The notes: a model not told the origin generated them from the letters alone. DNA of 64,000 bases from the human T2T-CHM13v2.0 reference genome, Homo sapiens (GCF_009914755.1 NC_060929.1); one strand, 5' to 3'; counted from the first letter of the stretch, positions 39,958-56,830 are shown. A program made the numbers and translations.

Positions 39958-42083
39958 AAAGAATGATGCAAGAGTATCCTTGTTGAATAAAGTGAATGGG
40001 AGTTTGGGAGTTCTAGAGAACAAACTTCAAGAGAAGAGAAGAAGCAGTTGTATGTTGGGTTAAAAAAGAAGTAAAGAACTACATAGAAAGTATGAGAAAA
40101 ATTATATATCCAATACTTTATCAGACAAATGGTTGTATGTTTAATAATTACACACAATAATATCCCTTCACCACATGTAATTTATGAATACTTGTAGGTA
40201 ATACTGCAAATGCAATGACTTACTTTTGTCCAGTTAAAAAGCAATAAATGCACACCTGCATATAACACAGACAGCATAAGCTTGTAAATATCACTATTTT
40301 ATGCACATTTATATACATATATATTTTATGTGTGTATACATAAATATGTGCATATTTATTATTTAAAATATGCACATATTTATAGATATGCTATATGTAT
40401 ACAAGTGTTTATTTATTTACAATTCTATCTTTATTAAGTGAAAGCTGGTCCCAGATTGGAAATTAAATTTTGCTACTATTAAGTTAAACATTGTACAAAA
40501 CACCTTATTTTAACTGTGAATAGAATTTGCAAATGAATCATACACCTAAGACAACTTGAGACAACCGTTCAACTCTATCTAATATATCAGATATTTCCAG
40601 GAGGAAATCCAGAAACCCAGACTGTAGACACTCAGCAACTTTTTTTCCATATTTTAGTATTTGTTGTGAGAATTCCAATTGTAAATTGCATCCAAGACTA
40701 TTTACTTTATGGACCTAGAATCAGAGATAAAGGAGAAGTGTATTACCTAGATTTTGAATTGAGTCATGATTTTAAATTTAGGTAAAGGAAAAGCTGATTT
40801 CTAAAACTCTGAGCTTTGTTTTCTCATCATTTCCAAAATCACAGCCTGGAGCTATGGCTATTGCTACTTCTGTGAGACTGGTGTCTGTTGCTGTCTTCAC
40901 TTGCTTTATTGTTTATAGTATTCACAATCTCCTTCTCTATAATTTCTCTAAGGATTTTTATCTTCTGTGTCAAAAATATACATCTTTTACAGATTCCACA
41001 GGCAAGCAACAAATGTAATAGTCACACATATATGAACATAAATCTTGAATATTCCATTACTTCCCAAGTTTGTTGGCTTAAGAAGTACGTTTTTAAATCA
41101 GAAGTTTTATTGTTATTGTTGTTCATCTTCTGCCTTGTTTCATATACTAACAATGGATGCTTTATGCTAGAATTATAGAATATTTCAAAAGACTGACCAT
41201 TGTGTAAACCCAAAGTCTTAGAATTCTACTTAAATATTTCATGTTTTCCTAATATCACATCAGAATTCTTGCAAGTAATAAAACCTGCCCTACCTCCTTT
41301 AGATTTGTTCTGATTGGGTGTTCACCAATTGTAAGTCAAATTTTTTTCTTAACAAATTCATACTATTTTAAATGATATTAATTTCCCCAGTAAATAACAC
41401 AATTGTTCTAAATATTTATTTTGACAATATAAATTCACTACACTAATAATTTATATGAATCTTTTATATTTTCTTGATATATTAGGATATTACTTGCATA
41501 ATTTGGTTTACTTTTAGAAATAACATAAGAATTTTTAAATGTTATCTTTCCAAAAAGCATGTTTATTATTATAAGTTTGGTTTGTTGGCACCATGAATAA
41601 GACTCTTAAAAATTAATATTCTATATGGTAATATTTGAATAAGATGAAATACAGAGGAACCTAAATTTATTCCTGTGAACAGAAGATGTGATAATGTTGA
41701 ATATGTGAATTACAATTCAGGAAAGTATTATTTTATATTTTTACAGACTATACATCTAAGATGCAACTTTTAACTTAAAAATTTCTTTTTCAGGAAAGTA
41801 TAGGAAATAATTTTTTTGGCCAACAAATAATCTTCAGCTATTCAAATATTTTCAAGCAACTGGAATTGCTTTTCATCAATGCTTTTAGTCTGAGCAGAAT
41901 GGAATATTTAAGAAAACTTGGTCCCCTGAAGTGATGAGCTGACACACAGTCAGGGGTTACATTATATAACTTAATTGGCCTCGACTCTTTTTGGCTCAGT
42001 TGCTTCTTTTATATTTGTTTTATCCTTATTTTAAACCTCACATACACTTAATTATAGTAAAAAAAATAAGACATTCCTCTTAG

Positions 42084-42448
<365 letters not shown>

Positions 42449-43146
42449 TTAACTATATTTTTATTTTCCATTTGCATTTGAGGTATCTGCAGTATGGCCT
42501 TTCTTAGCAATGTCCAGCTGTCCAGTTGGAAGTCAGTTTTTTGTCACTCCTCAGATATTAGTTCATAATACTTAAGATGTTCATACTCTCAGAAAATTGT
42601 ACCCTTTGAACAGGAACTCTGGTGATAGTCAAAGTTCTCAAGATCCCAAAGAAGGAATCACTAGTGGTGACGAATAACCGGAGAAAATACTAGGCAGTGA
42701 CTCTACTTCCTGGAAGTGTTCTGATTTGGGACCAATAATCAATTATTCAACTTAAAAGTTAAATAAAGTGAAAAATAAAAATAATATATAATACTTTAAA
42801 TATTTTATTTAAGCTTTAAATGTTTGTATATCTATGTATTTATAAATCATTTGAACTTGACCAAAGCCCTTTCTCTAAATAATATTGTAAAAATTAAATT
42901 AATAATTATCTAAAGGACAACTTACTTAAACAAGTGTGAGAACAAAACCGACTTTCGGGAAGTGCCCTGCTTGATTGATGAAAGCCAATGTGTGCAGATA
43001 GCCAGAGACATTACGCTATCAGCCGCGAGTGTCCATTGTACCATGGCGTTTATGAATGTTATTCAGATAATGGAACACATTAGTTAATTTCAGTTAAGAG
43101 ACAGTCCAAAAGAGTTTTTACCCAGTTCTTCAAAATACACTATTTA

Positions 43147-43449
43147 GGACGGGCGCGGTGGCTCACGCCTGTAATCCCAGCACTTTGGGAGGCCGAGGCG
43201 GGTGGATCACGAGATCAGGAGATCGAGACCATCCTGGCTAACAAGGTGAAACCCCGTCTCTACTAAAAATACAAAAAATTAGCCGGGCGTGGTGGCGGGC
43301 GCCTATAGTCCCAGCTACTCAGGAGGATGAGGCAGGAGAATGGCGTGAACCCCGGAGGCGGAGCTTGCAGTGAGCGGAGATCACGCCACTGCACTCCAGC
43401 CTGGGCGACGGAGCGAGACGCCGTCACGCCCACCCCCCCCCCCCCACCC
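43147..43449 (+). mobile_element. AluY, CpG-rich, with a C-rich tail
   Basis: Y diagnostics (gagaccatcctggctaac, gaatggcgtgaacc, ggagcttgcag); TSD aaatacactattt. Confidence 0.95.
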
Positions 43450-43699
43450 AAATACACTATTTTGTGACCATTTCACAGGTTATTCTAATAATCTTTTCTA
43501 TGCAGTATTCCCATGCATGATTCTTCTAGAATTTGAAAATAAATTGAATAGTCAGAAGAATATTGCATAAGAAATTGCACTTCAGAGAAGTAAAATAAAC
43601 TTTGATTTAGAAAAAGCTATTTTGCTTCAATTCTCAGTATACATTACAAAGTGTGAAAAACATAAGTGATTCAATAACTTTTGATTTGGGTCTACACAA

Positions 43700-44478
43700 C
43701 TCCCTGCTAGCATTGTCCCATCTACCGTGGAGATACAGCTCCTATCATTGCCTCTGATCACTCTGTCTTGGCTACACTGGTCTCCAAGCTATTTCTCCCA
43801 GGAAAGTTGGTTTGCATCTCAGGGCCTTTTCTTTTATAACCCTTCTACCTGAATTGTTTTACTTTCCGCTATGACTTACAAAATTGATGAAAGCTTTTTC
43901 AACTTTATGAAAGTGCAAAAGCAATAAACATTCATTAGACACCATACTTCAAGTACCCATACAAGCATTGTGTTTTTCACTTTCAGAACAGAATTCAATA
44001 AAGTACCTGGGCTATTCAACATTTTATTATACAATAGCCTTTGTATTCGATGATTTTGCCCAACTGTAGGCTAATGTAAGGGTTCTGAGCACATTTAAGG
44101 TAGGCTAGGCAAAACTATGATGTTAGGAAGGTTTGGTGTATTAAATGCTTTGTTAACTCAATGATATTTTAACCTAATGATTGGTTTATCAGGATGTAAC
44201 CCTGTCATAAGTCAAGGAGAATCTTAATATAACTACATCTTTCACTACATATTTGGCCTGTGCTCTGAAGTTTTAACGCTGTAATGTATCTCTTTATTAT
44301 GAAGTTACAGATAGTACTTATTACTACCTAGCATTTTATAATGTACAGGTTGCTTTTATTGTCTGTTACTACCAGAAGCTGAGATCCATTACAGCAATAG
44401 TGCTGTAATCCTAATGTAGTGAACAACACTTGGCATACAATAGGTGATCAATAAATATTTGTGAATGAATGAATGAAA
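43700..44478 (+). mobile_element. L2a 3' region split by MER47A
   Basis: ctacactgg...ctcagggccttt before; caataaatatttgtgaatgaatgaatgaa tail after. Confidence 0.7.
43865..44225 (-). mobile_element. MER47A (Tigger5-derived MITE)
   Basis: gatgattttgcccaactgtaggctaatgtaag...ttctgagcacatttaaggtaggctaggc...tttatcaggatgtaaccc. Confidence 0.85.
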
Positions 44479-44644
44479 TAACAGTATTTACTATTACAGA
44501 TATAATTTTGAATGTATTTTTAGTTTATTACATTTACATGATTTTTAAATGTTCATTTAAAATTTTCACCATTATAACTCCACTTTTAAGAGACAGTAAT
44601 TATGACTACAATTATTATTCAATTTTAAGGTAATTATAAAAATT

Positions 44645-44832
44645 GGCTGGGAGCAGTGTCACATGCCTGTAATTCCAGCACTTTGGGAGGCCGAGGCCAG
44701 GGGTTCAGTTGTCCTGGCAGGGGTTTGAGGTTAGAGTGAGCTATGATTGTACCACTGCACTCCAGCCTGGGAGACAGAGTGAGACCTAGTCTCTCTCTCT
44801 CTCTGTCACACACACACACACAAACACACAAA
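44645..44832 (+). mobile_element. Alu monomer (FRAM-like or AluJ arm chimera) with (TC)n(CA)n tail
   Basis: Left-arm-like 5' half (cagcactttgggagg) joined to right-arm 3' half (gtgagctatgattgtaccactgcactccagcc). Confidence 0.8.
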
Positions 44833-46599
44833 GATAAAAAAGATTTTCTCCTGCCTAAGGTGTTCCAATAGCCTTCTTATTGTTGAATCAGGAATACTCA
44901 GTTTATTTTTCTAGAATTTTCAAATAAAATAAGTTGCTCAACTTTTCAAGGAAAGAATATGAAAAAGCAGATAAAAGCCTGTTGTGTCCACTGCTTGAGT
45001 GGACTTCATAGCAAGGAAATGTGCAAAGGGGCAACGCTTTCTTAAAGTTTCATCTTTTTTATGATGACTTCAGAGATCTCCCATTCAGAATTTTTCCCTG
45101 TTGAAACTCAGTTTATCAAAGGTTAAAAGGCATTGATTGAGTACAAAATTTAGGTTTCTGGTACTTCAGTGATGTTCTTGGTAGTTATATTAGCAGCTCA
45201 AACAGTTGGCTTTATCACCACTGACTACAAATAAGAAAGGCCAGTATATAATTAGGCTCTTTTAATATTAGAGGAAGCATACTCCACAACTGAGAACTCT
45301 ATTAAAGTGTCTATATAAAATTATTCAACATTTGGCAAACTTACATGAGATGGTCTGTAACCAGAAGGTCTGAACACAGTTTAAGCAGCCAGAAAACACT
45401 TCTTAAATTTGGGCTGCTTTCTCCTTCAGATGCTATAAAGTAACAGGTGTCTATAGCAAGTGTGAAAATTTGCCAATAATACTTTGTTCATAATTTCTGG
45501 TCTCTGGCTTTTGGATTAAGAAGTTCTGTAGATACTAAATGGAACACATACTCATGTAGAAACCATTTTTACACCATTAGTGATCAGTGGTACAGACAGA
45601 CCATGTCACCAAAGGATACATTTGCCTCTTCGAGTTGAAATACATAAGCTGCAATGAGCCTTATCTGAATCAATGTTTTCCAAGTTATGCCAAGACCCAG
45701 AAATTTACATTGTGAGATAGAAATAACCTGTCTAATCAAGTGCAATGCCCTGTCTTAACTAACTTCACAAAAAGTTGTGACAACTTACTCTCTAGCTTTA
45801 CCTCCCGTCTAATTAAACCATGAGCTTGCTTTTGTTCCTACTTAGGTGATTTGTCACTTGGCAATGAAACGGTCCATCCAAAACACAGCCAATCTACAGT
45901 GACAAAATACCTAGACAACTTATGCTACTAAAAATGGATGTCATGGGCTGAAGAACTTTGGGTATTGTTTCCATCCTTACAGAAATTTGCCTGAAATTGA
46001 CTAATATTCATCTTTACTCAGGTTTATGGACTTAGACCAATATCCTGGTTTTATGTTATTTATTGTGCCACCAATACTAGAATATTAAATGTACTCAAAC
46101 TCCTTTGGAAACAAATTACAGTAACTGTCACAAATTCAATCTATTACTCATATTCCCTGCCCAATGTAAAGGGCCGAAGTTGGAAGAAAGTTTCCATAAT
46201 TAAATAGGTGATCAGGCATGTTTTGGCATAATTTCTCCTGTAGCCTGCTGGATCCACGCTTTAACTCACCTGGGAAATGAAGACATCAGGAAAGAGTGGG
46301 ACTCAAGATTTATTTTTAAAAATCTCTTATTGGAGTACAGGTATCTTAACAGCCATAGGCACTGCATTGACATTCTGTGCTCTGCCTTAAGCCTCTTGTA
46401 TCACATGATTTTTATGTGTTAGCATTCATTTGCTGGAGATTATGCATAATCATAGTGTGATTATAGCACACTGCTCTGGAAATTTGTAGGACACTTTTTC
46501 ACAACCGGTTACTGGCTACTGCCTGTGGCATTTGCAATATTTCAAACTGCTATACTGTTGGGTTTGTCTCCACGTTTTCATTCATATTTTCTTGCCACT

Positions 46600-46801
46600 T
46601 AAAAAACTTTGACACACAAAAGATAGTGCATAATTAATTTATACAATTTGGTGAGCTTGGAGATAAGTATACACCCATGAAACTATTATCACAGTTTATG
46701 CCATAAATCTATTCAACACCTACACAAGTTCTGTCCTACTCTCTTATTATCACTATTGTGTGTGTGTGTGTGTGTGTGTAAGAACACTTAACACGAGATC
46801 T
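46600..46801 (-). mobile_element. L1MA10/L1MB-type 3' end with (TG)n
   Basis: agtatacacccatgaaac...gtaagaacacttaacacgagatct. Confidence 0.7.
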
Positions 46802-47150
46802 TTGGTCAGCCCTCTCTTGATCTTCTTTTTAGATGCTTCTTCCTACCTACTTAAAATTTGTATCAATAGGCAACTCCATATTTTATGTCACTTTACTTCG
46901 GAAAAACAGATGAAAGTGCTGTTGGCTGATATTTCTCATATTTATACCTTTCTCAGTAGAACCTTACTAGAGTGTTTTTTCTGAATATAGAAACAATTCT
47001 TTCACTGAGGAGAATTATTTTAATTTCTCACGACACCTTGAAATTTGTATTCCAGGGTATAAATGCAATACTATTGACATGGAGATTTATAATGATTAAT
47101 TGTTCATTTACAAGAAAGCTGGAAAAACCCCCTTTTAAAAGTATATTGCA

Positions 47151-48607
<1,457 letters not shown>

Positions 48608-50714
48608 AAAAGTATATTGCAGACAGTGACTACAGGTTCTGAGTTAAGCAAAATGGCAAGTTGTTTTAACCATACAGAAATATTTCACTTTTGCTGTTAG
48701 TAAAGGTTATCGAGGGTGTTTTATTTCAGTAGCCTCCTTAAAGTGTTATATGATCCTTGTCATTGGAGGATTATGAATGTGCTGCTTGTCTATTCTATGA
48801 GTACAAATGAAGTAGCCCAGCTATTCATCAGTGACCTGATTAGACATGCTCAAAAATGCTTGTAATTATGCTTTAAAAGTATCAGAACTTTTTCTGTTGT
48901 TATGTAGAAGATTTTCTGCATATTTACAAAATTTGTAAGCTCACATAAAAGAGTGATGGTAAGTGAGAAAGCTTCTATTCCAGTAGAATTTTAGTTCCTT
49001 ATATTTAAGATAGAATAGCAACAGGATCTTAGAAAAAGGATTGCCACAGAATGTTTTTTATGAGTGTCTTTAATGCTGCATGAAATGCTGCTTTCACTTA
49101 TTTATCATTTCCTCCTTTCTTTTCTCCTCTTTTCTGTTCTTATCTCTTATTATTCTTGTATCTAAAGCAGCATTTAGCAAACTCGAGGAGAATGAAGAGC
49201 ATTGATGCTATGAAAGAAAAAGGCAGAGGCTGACATTTTGCTACTCAAGTTCTGATTCACAAATATTCATAAACTTTGAGACAACAAAGGTACAAACATG
49301 CATTTTTATTCAACTTAACATTCTAGTTTATGTTTCCTATTTCTCATTCTGCAAATTATGTTAAAATATAATTAATGCTATAATATATCAGCTTACACAA
49401 CCATTCTAAGAATAATTTAATCCATCAATACATTTTAAACCAAGAAGGTAAATTTTTTACATTCTGGGGAATGTGTCAGAAATAAAACTCTTTACCCCAA
49501 ACCTTATTTTAAAAAAATAAATGAATCGATAATCTCAGACAAAGCCAGTTTCAGTTCCTATTTTGCAAAAAGTAATATTACACTGCCAGGATAAACTCAT
49601 TTGAAGTAGCAAGCCTTCAGCAAATGAAATATTTTCACTTGAGAATCATAGTTAGCATTCTAACTGCCTGTTTGTTATGTCATGGTAAAACATTTTTTGT
49701 TACCACAAAATATCGAACAGAAGAAAAACATCTGAAAGCAGAGTTAACTATGGAAATTTTTATTGACTGTGGTCAGGGAAATGCGTCTGCCTGATAAAAG
49801 GATTGTTGTTGTTTCTCAACCCCACACTAATAACCCAGCCTGCTCTTTTCAGTTATCAACAGCCGCAGGCATCCACGTCAGGGTGCAAGGTTTCATCTCG
49901 GGTTTGCTACTTGCCTGGGACAACAAGCTAACAGAGTTGCAAAGCTCTTTCTTTGCTGCTGGTGGACTGCATTGGTTTTAGGCTTCCTTTGGCCTTGCTC
50001 TGTCCCTTTCTGAAGATGTTTTACTTTTTAACTTTTTGTCTCCTTCTAGAAGGAACCAACACAGTGATCCTGCAATTCCTGTGGATTTCCTGATCATTTG
50101 TTGCATTTTACAAACTTTTGACTTTTTAGTATTTTACTTAACCATTTTTTTTTTCCTAGTCCAAATCTGAAGCCACCTGCATCCCATATGCTACTGCTGT
50201 GGTTAAAATCTCCAAACTTAGGTGGCTCTTTTTCCTTAGCATTCACTTCTTGCTGGACTCCTTAGATGGATAATTCCCCTTTGTTCACATCTGGGGACTG
50301 TTATGTGGTTGTACTCTTTTGAGAGATGCTTTATTTAGGCTGTTTTATTTTCAAATTAGTTTGTTTTTTAACTTCGGATGATGACACTTCTTCTCTCCAT
50401 ACAAGACAACCTCAAAACCAGTCCTGACTGCTAACACTCAGTGAAGACAGGCTCCTGAGATTTCCACTTGTTTTTTCAGGAAATGTGACTATATTTTCCC
50501 TGTGCCACAAGACATTGTCTGAAATAATGGGGCACGTTCCTTTGGTGCGTTCAGCCCACGCTTATCAGCTGTGACTGAATCAGGTGTATCTGACAAAGTT
50601 GATCTTCCTGCTGATGGAGATCAGCCAGGAGGTGCTGATTCGTGGTCCTGCTGAACCTCTGGTCACTCTAGAGAGGTTTATAGTGACCCTACTCTTTGTT
50701 AGTATGTTTTGTAA

Positions 50715-51720
50715 CCCATTTATTTATAAAATTCACATACATTAAATTCAACTATTTAGACTACATTTAATTGCTTTTCCTATATTCACAGGGTTGTGCA
50801 ATCATCACCACAACCAATTTTACGACATTTTCATTACTATCCTCAACAAACCTTACGGCCATTAGCAGTCACTTCCAAATTCTCCCTAACCCCACTTTCC
50901 AGGCAATAGCTGATCTATTTCCTGTCTCCATAGATTCATCTATTCCAGACATTCTACATCAATGGAATTATATAATATGTAGTCTTTTGTAATGACTTGT
51001 TTAGTATAATTATTTCAAGATTCATTTACATTGTAGCATGCAACATATTTCCATTTTATTGCTGAATAACATTCCATTGTATTAATATGCCTCATTTTAT
51101 CCACTTATGAGTTGATGGGCATTTGGATTGCTTCTACTTTTGGCTCTTATAAACATTTTTGCACAACTTTTTGTGTGGATACATGCTTCCATTACTCTTG
51201 GGATGTGTGATAAATGCATGTTTAAAGTTTTCAGAAACAGTCAGAATGTTCTGAGTTTGCTCCATTACTTTACATTCCCCTAAAAGTGTATGAAGGTTCC
51301 AGTTTATCTACATCCTGACTAATGCTTGTCATTATCTGCCTTTTTCAGTATAGCTACCCTAGTGAGTACAAAGTGATATGTCATGATTTTGATTTGTGTT
51401 TGTCTAATGACTAATAATATTGAGCATATTTTCATATACATGTTGGTCATTTGTATGTATTATTTAGAGAAATGTCTATATCTACTTTGTCTATTTTTAA
51501 TTGGATTATTTGTCCTTTTATTATTAAATTTTAAGGGTTTATATATATATTTTAGATGCAAATCTTTTATAAGGCATACAATTTGCCTATATTTTCTCTC
51601 ATTCTGTGGGTTGTCTACTTTCTCAATGTTATTTTTCTTGAAGCATGAAAGTTTTAATTTTGGCTAAACTCAATTTATTTATTGTTTTCTCTTTTTGTTC
51701 TGTGTTCTTGATGTTTGTGT
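50715..51720 (-). mobile_element. L1MB7/8-like 3' portion
   Basis: tatattcacagggttgtgcaatcatcaccac...ccattagcagtcact...gttgatgggcatttgg...tttagagaaatgtctat. Confidence 0.8.
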
Positions 51721-52239
51721 TGACCCTTGAAGATTGATAAGTTTCATTTCTGTTTTTTGTGCCTCAACAGTAACATTAAATTAAAATCCATTCAGGAAGC
51801 AGCTGCAATAAATAAGGGCGAAGTTCATGGTAGGTGGCTGTTTAAGGTGCTTTTCCACTTAGGAAGTATGATCTTAGGGATGCCAGAGTTTAAACCTGCA
51901 CATCTTCAGAAGACTAGATTTTACCTGAAATCTAAAGACAAATTTAAAATTGGTTAAAACAAGGGAAAAATTCAAGAGATGTGTGAATTATTTCCGGGCT
52001 TATCATACTAGGAGTAAGTATTTTTTTAGCATCATCTCCAAGCATCATACCCATTATGACAGTTGATCCTCTCCCACGTGCACCTACTAGATCATTTTAT
52101 TCTATCTCTAATTTCTTCCTACATTTATAAATTTCACTATTTAGTATATCTTAAGTTCTTATTTTTTATGGAACACAAAAGTATTATATTCCTAACCTTG
52201 CTTAGGGCATTTAGAAACATAAAATAATCTGGTTTGTAA

Positions 52240-52631
<392 letters not shown>

Positions 52632-53111
52632 AGTGATGGGGATTATTCCTTACCTGTATTGTTGAACCAGGTTGTGGTTGATTAGATGACAAGCTTTCCT
52701 TATGGTATAAGCCTGGGATTTTGTATAGAGACACTCATTAGGACAGAAGCAAGAGCTGAACACCTTCCCCATTGGGAAGTTGTCAACACAATTGATCTGG
52801 TTCCTGAGTCTTTACTAAATGCTGTTGTACCTATTTGAAAACATGGGAAATCTTTTGCATACATATATACTAACAACAGTCTATCAGAATGTCCATCTGT
52901 TTATTATTTGTTGAGAAAACAAGTGAAAGATTCTTTCACCCCAAATGTATTCACTACCAATGAGTAACTGATAGATTTTCCCTCAACCCTATACCAACAG
53001 AATAAATTTCATGAAATAAATGAGCTGGAGCTAAGATACTATTCACCCCTGTCCTGATCTAAATGAAGTATATTTTACATGACATACTAAACTGAAGTAT
53101 ATGATTTTATG

Positions 53112-53535
53112 TGTAATGTCACCAGGGAGTGATGACTATCTGGGCCGGTGGCACAGGGGTAAAAGAATTTACCAAGAGAGTTGTAGATAAAGGCAGATTT
53201 ATTCATATAAGTTGGAAAATACATTGCAAAACAGCAACATGCAGACAAGCAGAAGCGACAGCAAAAAAAAAAACACAAAGGTTTGCTGGAGATTTTATAG
53301 CATAGTGTTTATGCAGTATGCTGAAGTGGGCTTTGTGCAGTACTGATAATGCCAAGGTTGTAGTGAGCTAACTTTCAGGTGTTTGGTGATAGTTGGGCAC
53401 GGAAGATTGTGAGTTATTTACACAGGAAGGCTATGTGTCCCGGACTACGAAGAAAGGCATACTTGTAGCTTATCTGCTTTTTGTTTTTCCCTGGTCCTAC
53501 CAGCCTGACTTCTTTTCCCTAATTAGGACTTCACA
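53112..53535 (-). mobile_element. MER83/MER84-like ERV1 solo LTR
   Basis: TG...CA ends; cttttccctaattaggacttcaca terminus; near-TSD tatg/tttg. Confidence 0.75.
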
Positions 53536-54164
53536 TTTGAGATATGTCTTCTTATATTTGCTCATGTTCTGGACAGCCTATGATCAGTTATTGGCACATA
53601 CTTCAATTTAAAATGTAGGTTAGTACTCAAATTTACATGCCGTTTAGACAAAGTACAGCAATTCATTGTTCATGATAATAAGTCACTCCCCAGAGAAACA
53701 AAAGCCATCTATTTCAGGAGTCCACAAGGGAGGACATGCTAAAGAAACTGGAGTAAAGGAACACGCCTTATCCCAATTCTCTCTAAACAAACTTGCAGAA
53801 ATATCCAAATTAAAAGTTCATAAAACCAGCACTTCAGGAAAAGAAAGAGGCCATTTCAATGAGTGTTAGCACAATGAAGGAAATAGGAGCAGCACCCGCT
53901 TATCCCTCCCTCCTTCTTCTCAATCTCTGACCTTATTCTTGGGGCAAGATGCTATCAAGGAGCCTGCATTCTTCTTGTGCAAGGATGGAATGAAACCATT
54001 GCTGCTTAGCCCACAAGACCTTATGTGAGTTTGGTCACTGCCAATAGCATGTGTTGTGGCAAATTTCATAAAGTCCTGTTGGTTTTAGTACTCTTTTGAA
54101 TAAAAGATGCACACAGATGGATAAGCACTTCCATTCTTTGCCTGGAAAGGTGGTGGCTACACGT

Positions 54165-54355
54165 TGCACCTCTGGAATGTGATGATATTGATATGAATCC
54201 TTAGTATGTCACTTGTCAGTGATGTTACTTAGCAATTTCCTCTGCAAAATAAGGACAATAATAGTCCTTGGTTGATTGGGCTAGTAGATAATTAAATTAC
54301 ATATTATGGATAAGCACGTACACTCTGCTTGCCATGAAGGGGTCGATAAATGCTA
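54165..54355 (+). mobile_element. MIR SINE
   Basis: tttcctctgcaaaataaggacaataatagt core; cgataaatgcta end. Confidence 0.6.
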
Positions 54356-54358
54356 ACC

Positions 54359-54401
54359 CAATATTTTACCCTAATTATACCCATCCTCTATACGATATAA
54401 A
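54359..54401 (+). repeat. 43-bp direct duplicate of 57533-57575
   Basis: 40 of 43 identical. Confidence 0.92.
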
Positions 54402-55394
54402 ATAATTAAGAGTTTTTATTAATATTTCAATATGATAATATCTCCTTATATTCTCCATTCTACCTTTTTATGGCCATTGCTGTCATGAAGAAGAAATGAA
54501 GCTTTCTAATGGCTAGCCATATGCAGAAGACTGAAGCTGGACCCCTTCCTTACGCAATATAAAAAAACAACTCAAGATGGATTAAAGACTTACACATAAA
54601 AACCCAACAGTATAAAAACCCTGGACGACAACCTAGGCAATACCATCCTGGACATAAGTATAGGCAAAGATTTCATGACAAAGACACCAAAAGTGATTGC
54701 AGCAAAGCAGAAATTTGCAAATAGGATCCAATTAAACTCAACAGCTTCTGCACAGGAAAAGAAACTATCAATGGAGTAAAGAGACAACCTGCAGAATGGG
54801 AGAAAATATTTGCAAACTATGCATCTGAAAAAGGTCTAATCTCCAGCATCTATAAGAAAAGAAAATGTATAAGAGAAAAACAACCCCATTAAAAAGTGGG
54901 CAAAGGACATGAAAAGACACTTTTTAAAAGAAGATATACATGCGACCAGCAAGCATTGCAAAAAAGCTCAATATCACTGATCATTAGAGAAATGCAAATC
55001 AAAACCACAATGAGATACTATCCCACACCAGTTGGAATGGCTGATAGTAAAAAGTCAAAAAATAATAGATACTGGCAAGGATGCAGAAAAAGGGAACATT
55101 TATACACTGCTGGTGGGAGTATAAATCAGTTCAACCATTGTGGAAGGCAGAACTACCAAAGAGCTGAAAACAGAACTACCATTCTACCCAGCAATTCCAT
55201 TACCAGGTATATACCCAGAAAAATATAAATAGTTCTATCATAAAGACACATGCACACACAAATGTTAATTGCAGCACTATTCACCAGAGCAAAGACATAG
55301 AATCATCCTAAATGCTCATCAACGACAGATTGAATAAAGAAAATGTGGTACATACACACAATGGAATGCTATACAATCATAAGAAATGGGCTCT

Positions 55395-55701
55395 GGCCAG
55401 GCACGGTGGCTCATGCCTGTAATCCCAGCACTTTGGGAAGCTGAGGTGGGTGGATCATGAGGTCAGGAGTTTGAGACCAGCCTGACCAATGTGGTGAAAC
55501 CCCGTCTCTGCTAAAAATACAAAAAAAATTAGTCAGGCATGGTGGCACGTGCCTGTAATCCCAGCTACTCAGGAGGGCTGAGGCAGGAGAATCGCTTCAA
55601 CCCGGGAGGTGGAGGTTGCAGTCAGCCGAGATTGCACCACTGCACTCCAGCCTGGGTGACAGAGCAAAACTCCGTCAAAAAATAAAAATAAATAAAAATA
55701 A
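55395..55701 (+). mobile_element. AluS (Sg-like)
   Basis: Full dimer; flanked by aagaaatggg repeats. Confidence 0.93.
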
Positions 55702-55715
55702 AAGAAATGGGATCA

Positions 55716-56099
<384 letters not shown>

Positions 56100-56619
56100 C
56101 TAAATGATGAGAACTTGTGATTGCAAACAAGGTAACAAGAGACACCAGGGTCTACTTGAGGGGGCAGCGTGGGAGGAGAGAGAGGTGCAGAAAATATAAC
56201 TATCGAGTACTGGGCTTAATTCCTGGGTTATGAAATAATCTGTACCACAAACTCCTGTGACATGAGTTTACCTAGGTAGCAAAACTTCACATGTAACCCC
56301 AAAACCTAAAATAAAAGTTAAAAAAACACAATGTCTTAGCTATGAACAAGTTAATTAACTTTTCTTTATACAAACGTTTTTGACAAATTTGACAAGTGAA
56401 GCTGTTTTTATAAAATGAAATAAAAGTATACATTATATTTTCTAAAATCCAAATTCTACATATAAACCCACAAGTGCAGCTCTCAGATTCTATAATTTGA
56501 TTTTTTTCACATGTGGGAGGAAAGAGAAGAGCAGGTATCTCTTTCTAGGTTTTTGCTTATATCCAGAAACACCTTTAGCATGATAAAGATCCTTGACATT
56601 ATATGTGAGAACTCAACTT

Positions 56620-56830
56620 GTATGAAACACAGAGCTCAGAATAACATTTGTACATGTATGGAACCATAATCTACGAGAGAAGTAGCATATCACATCAATG
56701 AAGAGATGAGCTGGTAAGAAATAATTATTCCATAGAAAATAATAAATTAGATTTCTTCCTCACAGTCTATGCAGAAATCAATACCTCCATAGCATGTCAA
56801 ATGCATGCAGAAATTAAAGCTGATAACAAC
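56620..56830 (+). mobile_element. Ancient L1ME ORF2 fragment
   Basis: aaattagatttcttcctcaca...aaatcaat decayed motif. Confidence 0.45.
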
